Assembly (NCBI GenBank): GCA_048938895.1
Contig: JBHLLU010000086.1
Coordinates: forward strand, 1-12,790
Source: Promethearchaeota archaeon
GTDB lineage: Archaea; Asgardarchaeota; Lokiarchaeia; Sigyniarchaeales; SOKP01
Length of the DNA stretch: 12,790 bases
Direction: 5' to 3'
The translations under genes and the position numbers were made by a program. Below the pieces are notes generated by a model, which saw nothing but the letters and a program-made list of their open reading frames with translations, was not told the origin of the DNA and did not search any database. Numbering within the stretch: the first letter of the stretch is position 1; every line of letters starts with the position of its first letter. Below are positions 7,823 through 12,790 of the stretch, one piece after another.

Positions 7823-9781
7823 ATGGATTTAAAAAGTAAAAAAATCATCATCGATTTTGAACCAATATCAAGAAGAGTCATATTATCAAGTGAAGAGCCT
7901 ATATACAACCTAATTTCAGAAATAGGTATTCCAATCAGATCTATCTGCGGTGGCTCTGGTACATGTGGAAAATGCAAGTTATTAGTTCAAAAAGGAAAGG
8001 AATTTTTTGTTTTACCAACTTCTTCGGAAAAGAAATTTATAGATCAAAAAGAATTGGAATATGGATGGCGATTAGCTTGTCAGGCTAGAATTGATGTTGA
8101 TAAACTCCATTTCCTCGCAACATTAGATTCACCTCAGATTCGAGTATTTTTACCAAATGAGCTAATATTGGAAGATTTCAAGATTCTCACTGATGGTAAA
8201 GATATAGGAGTAGCTCTACTTCCTTCAATAAAGAAATATTATTTAATTGTGGATAAGGCTTTATTAAGAGATCCTCAGGCTGACTTTGAGAGGATAGTAA
8301 ACAAATTATTTTCCAATCATAAAGAATTTAATAAAAAGGGGAAAATAAATATCAATTTTGATTTACTAAAAGAATTACCAAATATTTTAAGAGAGAATGA
8401 TAATAAGATTACAGCTGTAGTGTGGAAGAATAATACGATTATTGCTTGCGAACCTGGGAACACGGTTGAGGATAATTTTGGAATAGCTTTTGATATAGGG
8501 ACAACTACAATCGTGGGTTATTTGATAAATTTAAATAATGGTAAAATTTATGCTATCGCATCTAATTTAAATAGTCAAACAGCTTATGGGGAAGATGTTA
8601 TCACCAGATTGACTTTCATAAAGAACAATAAAGAAAATTTGAATGTGTTGAATTCTGTTGTTATTAATGATTTAAACCAAATTATTTTTGATACTTGTTC
8701 TGAAGCTGGTGTTGACCCATCTCGAGTCTATGAAGTAAGTGTAGTTGGGAATTCTGTTATGCATCATTTATTTTTGGGTATAGATCCTACATATATCGGG
8801 ATAAGTCCTTATGTGCCTGTAATTCAAAAAGGATTACATCTCCCTTCTAAATCATTAAACCTTAAGATGTCAAAGACTGGGATTGCATATATTGCCCCTG
8901 TAATATCTGGTTTTGTAGGTGCGGATACAATTGGAGTAATTCTTTCTTCAAAAATCTACAATGAAAAAGCTCTTACACTAGCAATCGATATTGGAACTAA
9001 TGGTGAGATCATTATAGGAAATAAGAAAGTAATGGCTGTTGGATCCTGTGCGGCAGGATCTGCATTAGAGGGAGCTCATATTAGTAATGGTATGAGAGCT
9101 GCTGCCGGAGCTATTGATACATTAAAGATTAATCCTAATACTTTAGAGGTAATTTATACAACTATCAAGGATAAAAAACCAATTGGAATTTGCGGATCTG
9201 GCCTAGTAGATATCGTAGCAGAGATGCTTAAATCTAAAATTCTAACGAGGAGTGGCAATTTTAATAAAGAATTTATTGATCATGAGAGAATTGTTAAGAA
9301 TAATAAGACTTTTGAATTCATCATTGCAAAAAAAAGTGAAACTTCTTTGGGTAAAGAAATAAGCATTTCTCAAAACGATATCAGACAAATCCAAATGGCA
9401 AAAGCAGCATTCTTTTCTGGGACCCGATTGATATTAAAAACTCTAAATAAAAGCAATTTAAAAATAGAACAGGTATTTTTAGCTGGAGCTTTTGGGAATT
9501 ATATTAATGCTCAAAACGCAAAATTTATTGGAATGATTCCTGATATCCCTAATCATAAAATATATCAGATAGGTAATGCTGCAGGTATTGGTGCACAATA
9601 TTGCTTGTTGAATTCAGAATTAAGAAATAAAGCAGAACATCTATTGAAGAAAATAAAATACGTAGAAATAGCGATTAAAGAGGAATTTCAAAAGGAGTAT
9701 GCTGAAGCTATGTATTTTCCTCATTTAAATCTGAATTATTTTCCTTCTTTAATAGATTATAGGGAGATTCAAAAGAGATAA
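7823..9781 (+). CDS. ASKHA-domain ATP-dependent reductive activator of corrinoid proteins (RACo/DUF4445 family) with N-terminal [2Fe-2S] ferredoxin domain
   Basis: N-terminal CGGSGTCGKC...RLACQ plant-type 2Fe-2S motif. ASKHA/RACo motifs AFDIGTTT, YGEDVITR, VVGNSVMHHLFLG, GFVGAD, IDIGTNGEI, SCAAGSALEG, GICGSG, DIRQIQMAKAA, LAGAFG, GNAAGIGA. Length of 652 aa is typical of the family. Confidence 0.93.
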   Translation: MDLKSKKIIIDFEPISRRVILSSEEPIYNLISEIGIPIRSICGGSGTCGKCKLLVQKGKEFFVLPTSSEKKFIDQKELEYGWRLACQARIDVDKLHFLATLDSPQIRVFLPNELILEDFKILTDGKDIGVALLPSIKKYYLIVDKALLRDPQADFERIVNKLFSNHKEFNKKGKININFDLLKELPNILRENDNKITAVVWKNNTIIACEPGNTVEDNFGIAFDIGTTTIVGYLINLNNGKIYAIASNLNSQTAYGEDVITRLTFIKNNKENLNVLNSVVINDLNQIIFDTCSEAGVDPSRVYEVSVVGNSVMHHLFLGIDPTYIGISPYVPVIQKGLHLPSKSLNLKMSKTGIAYIAPVISGFVGADTIGVILSSKIYNEKALTLAIDIGTNGEIIIGNKKVMAVGSCAAGSALEGAHISNGMRAAAGAIDTLKINPNTLEVIYTTIKDKKPIGICGSGLVDIVAEMLKSKILTRSGNFNKEFIDHERIVKNNKTFEFIIAKKSETSLGKEISISQNDIRQIQMAKAAFFSGTRLILKTLNKSNLKIEQVFLAGAFGNYINAQNAKFIGMIPDIPNHKIYQIGNAAGIGAQYCLLNSELRNKAEHLLKKIKYVEIAIKEEFQKEYAEAMYFPHLNLNYFPSLIDYREIQKR

Positions 9782-10048
9782 TCTAATATAATGAGTTATG
9801 TTAAGTATCTTTTATTATAGTAAAAAAAAACAATTTTATGCCACAAGAATGTATAAATTAGGATTAGAACGATAAATCTATAAAGTGAATTTATAAAAAA
9901 ATATTTAAACTTTTAATATATTAAATCTATAATTTAATGTGTATTAATAAATTAAATAAATTATTAAATATCATAATTTTATAATTAATTTATACAAATA
10001 ACTAATAAATATAAAAAAAATCAAATTAATCGACGCGAGTGAAGCTTA
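9782..10048 (+). promoter_or_regulatory. Extremely AT-rich intergenic region, probable promoter of the small GTPase gene
   Basis: Only 7 G/C in the 130 nt from 9891 to 10020 (hand count); multiple TTTATA/TATAAA boxes. Confidence 0.4.
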
Positions 10049-10573
10049 ATGTCAAGTTTTAAACTAAAAGTATTACTTACCGGTGCTGCTGCGGTTGGAA
10101 AAACTTCCCTTGTGCAAAGATTTATACGCAACCGTTTTCAAGCAAATTATAAGCTGACAGTAGGAGTTGACATTCTTACAAAAGATGTTGAATTCAGATC
10201 AGGTGAAATCGCAACACTTTCAATATGGGATATTGGGGGGCAACAAAGATTTGAATTTATTCGTAGTACATTTTACAAAGGAGCAGCTGGAGCTCTTTTA
10301 GTATTTGATTTAACTAGGGAACAAACTTATACAGAAACAAGGAAATGGTTAACGGAAATACGCCAATTCGCTGGAGAAAATATACCTTTTGTGTTAATTG
10401 GCAACAAAGCTGACTTAATTGAAGATGTTGGTTTAGTAATAGATCGGGATGAAGCTAGATCGTTTGCAGAAAATGAGGGGAGCATTTATATTGAAACCTC
10501 AGCTAAAACGGGAGTAAACGTTGACGATGCATTTACTGAATTAACCCGTCGAATTATAGATTCAAGAATGTAG
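10049..10573 (+). CDS. Ras-superfamily small GTPase, Rab-like
   Basis: G1 GAAAVGKTS, G2 YKLTVGVD, G3 WDIGGQ, G4 GNKAD, G5 ETSAK. RabF-like segments VGVDI, TLSIW, RFEFIR, FYKGA, LVFDLT. 174 aa. Confidence 0.96.
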   Translation: MSSFKLKVLLTGAAAVGKTSLVQRFIRNRFQANYKLTVGVDILTKDVEFRSGEIATLSIWDIGGQQRFEFIRSTFYKGAAGALLVFDLTREQTYTETRKWLTEIRQFAGENIPFVLIGNKADLIEDVGLVIDRDEARSFAENEGSIYIETSAKTGVNVDDAFTELTRRIIDSRM

Positions 10574-10637
10574 TATTAATTTTTGGTTTACTAGTACTTT
10601 TTCCTTAATAATACTCTAATTCTTAATTTCATCTAAT
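10574..10637 (+). terminator. Possible archaeal oligo-T terminator region between the convergent GTPase and lysC genes
   Basis: T-tracts (aatttttggttt, tactttttcc) directly follow the GTPase stop codon; no GC hairpin is present. Confidence 0.3.
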
Positions 10638-12047
10638 CTAGACTTCAAATTCTTCGTATAAGTCATCATGTATAATATTAATTGCATCTACTAGTCTTTC
10701 TCTATCAATCACTATAGATAAATTCAATTCTTCAAAACTTTGTGAAATTGCTTTAACTTTAATGTTTTTCTTGCTTAAAGCATTGAAAATGTCAGCTTTA
10801 GTTTTTGTTTCAAGAATTTTCAGTCCAGTTATGTTAATTACCGCAACATTATCCCTTTTTATAGTAAAAAACTCTGAAAAGAATTTTGAATTGCTTAATG
10901 CTTGAATAGCCCTTTCTGAATCAACCGAGTTAATGATAAAAGATGTGCTTATTTCAGATGAGCTTTGTGCTACTAATGAAACACTTATTTGATTTTTACT
11001 CATCGTTTTAAAAATTTTTGCTAAGACACCAGGTACATCAACTAAACTTCCAGAGATTACTGTTACAATCGTTGCTAACTCAACAGCAGAAATTCCCTTT
11101 ATCTGTTCTTTATCAGTTTTATCAGAAATTTCAGTAAAATTATCACCTAATGGATTATCAAAATTTCTAATTTCTAACGGGATTTTAAACTCTTCTATAG
11201 CTTCTAAACATTTTGGATGAAGAATTTTCGCCCCAAAATTTGCTATATGTTTTGCTTCATCATAATCTAAATTTTTTATGAGGGAAGAATCAGGTACGTA
11301 GTTTGGATTTATTGCTAATAATCCATCAACATCTTTCCACAAGATTACTTTAATATCTTTATCAACTCCACTACTATAAAGCGAATGTGCTAAAATTGTA
11401 GCGGTGTAATCTGATCCACCTCTCCCTAAAGTAGTGATATACCCTATTTTATTTCTCCCAATAAAACCTGTTAAACAAATTATTATATCTTTCTTAGGAT
11501 TTTCAAGAAATGGAATCAACAATTGCTTAATCCGAGAATTTGTTAAACTATATAAAGGATATGCATTATTAAATTCATCATTTGTGATAATGATTTTATT
11601 AGCTGGAATATATACTGAATCTAATCCGTTACTTAAAAGATATTCATTTAAAATATAAGTTGATAAGATTTCCCCAAAACTTAAAACATAATCTCTATAA
11701 TAAGGTTCTAGACCAAATTCTTGTATATCTGCAAACGTATCATCTAATTCACTTAATTTATCATCAATCCAGTCCTTAGCTTTGAAATAGTACTCCGAAT
11801 CTTCTTCGAATATTTGTTCAATTATATCAATATGGCGTTTTTCAATTAGAGATATATTTTGGTCTGTAGTTTTACTATCTTTTAATTCCTGAGCTGTTTT
11901 AAGTAATAAATCTGTGATTCCATTAAATGCTGAAATAACATAAATTTTCTTTACATTTTTATAAATCTCTGTAATCCCTAATATTTTCTTGAAAGCTTTT
12001 TTATCAATTAAACAAGAACCTCCGAATTTCATTACATTAATCGGCAT
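10638..12047 (-). CDS. lysC: Aspartate kinase (amino-acid kinase domain plus two C-terminal ACT domains)
   Basis: N-terminal VMKFGGS, VISAFNGITDLL, SFGEILS, TGFIG, TTLGRGGSDYTA, WKDVDG, FGAKILHP; ACT-like PGVLAKIF...ISVSLVAQSSSEISTSF. Confidence 0.95.
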   Translation of the reverse strand: MPINVMKFGGSCLIDKKAFKKILGITEIYKNVKKIYVISAFNGITDLLLKTAQELKDSKTTDQNISLIEKRHIDIIEQIFEEDSEYYFKAKDWIDDKLSELDDTFADIQEFGLEPYYRDYVLSFGEILSTYILNEYLLSNGLDSVYIPANKIIITNDEFNNAYPLYSLTNSRIKQLLIPFLENPKKDIIICLTGFIGRNKIGYITTLGRGGSDYTATILAHSLYSSGVDKDIKVILWKDVDGLLAINPNYVPDSSLIKNLDYDEAKHIANFGAKILHPKCLEAIEEFKIPLEIRNFDNPLGDNFTEISDKTDKEQIKGISAVELATIVTVISGSLVDVPGVLAKIFKTMSKNQISVSLVAQSSSEISTSFIINSVDSERAIQALSNSKFFSEFFTIKRDNVAVINITGLKILETKTKADIFNALSKKNIKVKAISQSFEELNLSIVIDRERLVDAINIIHDDLYEEFEV

Positions 12048-12158
12048 ATAATTTTACACCTCATTTTTTATTTTTAATTCTTGTAAACATATATTCTTTT
12101 CAACTTTTGGAAACTATATAAAGCAAAAATAAAAATTTACAGATAATTTTTATATCTT
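12048..12158. promoter_or_regulatory. Divergent promoter region between aspartate kinase and PHP genes
   Basis: 111-bp AT-rich gap between head-to-head genes, with TATA-like ctatataaa near 12115-12123. Confidence 0.4.
12057..12062 (-). promoter_or_regulatory. Shine-Dalgarno-like ribosome-binding site of the aspartate kinase gene
   Basis: The minus strand reads aatGAGGTGtaaaattatATG, placing GAGGTG 9 nt upstream of the start codon. Confidence 0.6.
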
Positions 12159-12790
12159 ATGATTGATCTTCACCTCCATTCAAGTAATTCTGATGGATTG
12201 GATACCCCCTCTCAATTAATAACTAAGGCTGTAGAACTCAATCTAAAAGCAATTGCGTTAACTGATCATGATACGATAGAAGGATTAGGGGAGTTTTTAT
12301 CGTTTGCAGAGGGCCATGAAATAATTGCCCTTCCAGGAATAGAAATCTCAATTAGACATGAACCAAGAAGATACCTAATAGATGTACATATTATCGGTTT
12401 AAATGTTGATCATCATTCAATAAGTTTAATCAAGGCATTAGATGATCAAATTAAAGGTAGACTTAAACAAAAAGAAGATATATGTAAACGTTTGAGGGAT
12501 GAGTTTGGATATAATTTACCATTTAGCGAGGTAAAAACTGCAGCAGGAACTGGCGTTGTTGGACGCCCTCATATAGTGCAAATTATGATAAAAAATAATC
12601 CCGACAAGGTTAAAGAAAAGTCAAAAAATGAACTTTTTAAGATGATTAGTATTGGAGGAGAAGCATTCGTAGACAGAGAGGTTGAACTTAATCTTGAAGA
12701 ATCCATTGAACTAATTAAAGCTGCTGGAGGAATTCCAATTTTGGCACATCCAGGAATTCATGAAGTACCAAGTAGGGAAAAATTTATTGA
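12159..12790 (+). CDS. PHP-domain metal-dependent phosphoesterase (TrpH/YciV-like); partial, runs off the right edge
   Basis: Manual translation from ATG 12159: MIDLHLHSSNSDGLDTPSQLITKAVELNLKAIALTDHDTIEG...PGIEIS...DVHIIG...VGRPHI...IKAAGGIPILAHPG. Motifs DLHxH, SDG, TDHD, GxEIS, GRPH and AHP are diagnostic. No stop codon before the window end. Confidence 0.93.
   Translation, partial: MIDLHLHSSNSDGLDTPSQLITKAVELNLKAIALTDHDTIEGLGEFLSFAEGHEIIALPGIEISIRHEPRRYLIDVHIIGLNVDHHSISLIKALDDQIKGRLKQKEDICKRLRDEFGYNLPFSEVKTAAGTGVVGRPHIVQIMIKNNPDKVKEKSKNELFKMISIGGEAFVDREVELNLEESIELIKAAGGIPILAHPGIHEVPSREKFI

Noticed and set aside
7780-7977. 65-aa minus-strand ORF
   Set aside because: Antisense to the conserved 2Fe-2S domain of the RACo gene; no independent support.
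11434-11658. 74-aa plus-strand ORF
   Set aside because: Lies wholly antisense within the aspartate kinase gene.
12048-12158. Lysine riboswitch or attenuator upstream of aspartate kinase
   Set aside because: The gap is only 111 bp, very AT-rich and shared with a divergent gene, too short and unstructured for a lysine riboswitch.

Overview
Low-GC, gene-dense prokaryotic window whose gene content strongly suggests an Asgard archaeon (Lokiarchaeia-like; inferred from gene content, not from a taxonomic marker). Left to right: (1) a ubiquitin-activating E1-like enzyme on the minus strand, missed by the ORF track and running off the left edge. It has a eukaryote-type (UBA2/UBA3-like) catalytic-cysteine region and an unusual ~80-aa helical insertion. 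(2) A co-oriented 2124-aa protein built from ~18 tandem units of a MIT/TPR-like helical bundle plus a long charged helix, with a hidden 463-aa super-repeat. (3) A 2Fe-2S/ASKHA reductive activator of corrinoid proteins (RACo). (4) A Rab-like small GTPase lacking lipidation signals. (5) An aspartate kinase. (6) A PHP-family phosphoesterase, also missed by the track and running off the right edge. The most interesting candidate system is the E1 plus giant MIT-like repeat rod, possibly with the Rab-like GTPase, as a ubiquitin/membrane-remodelling locus. That functional link is inference from gene proximity and fold-level resemblance only.
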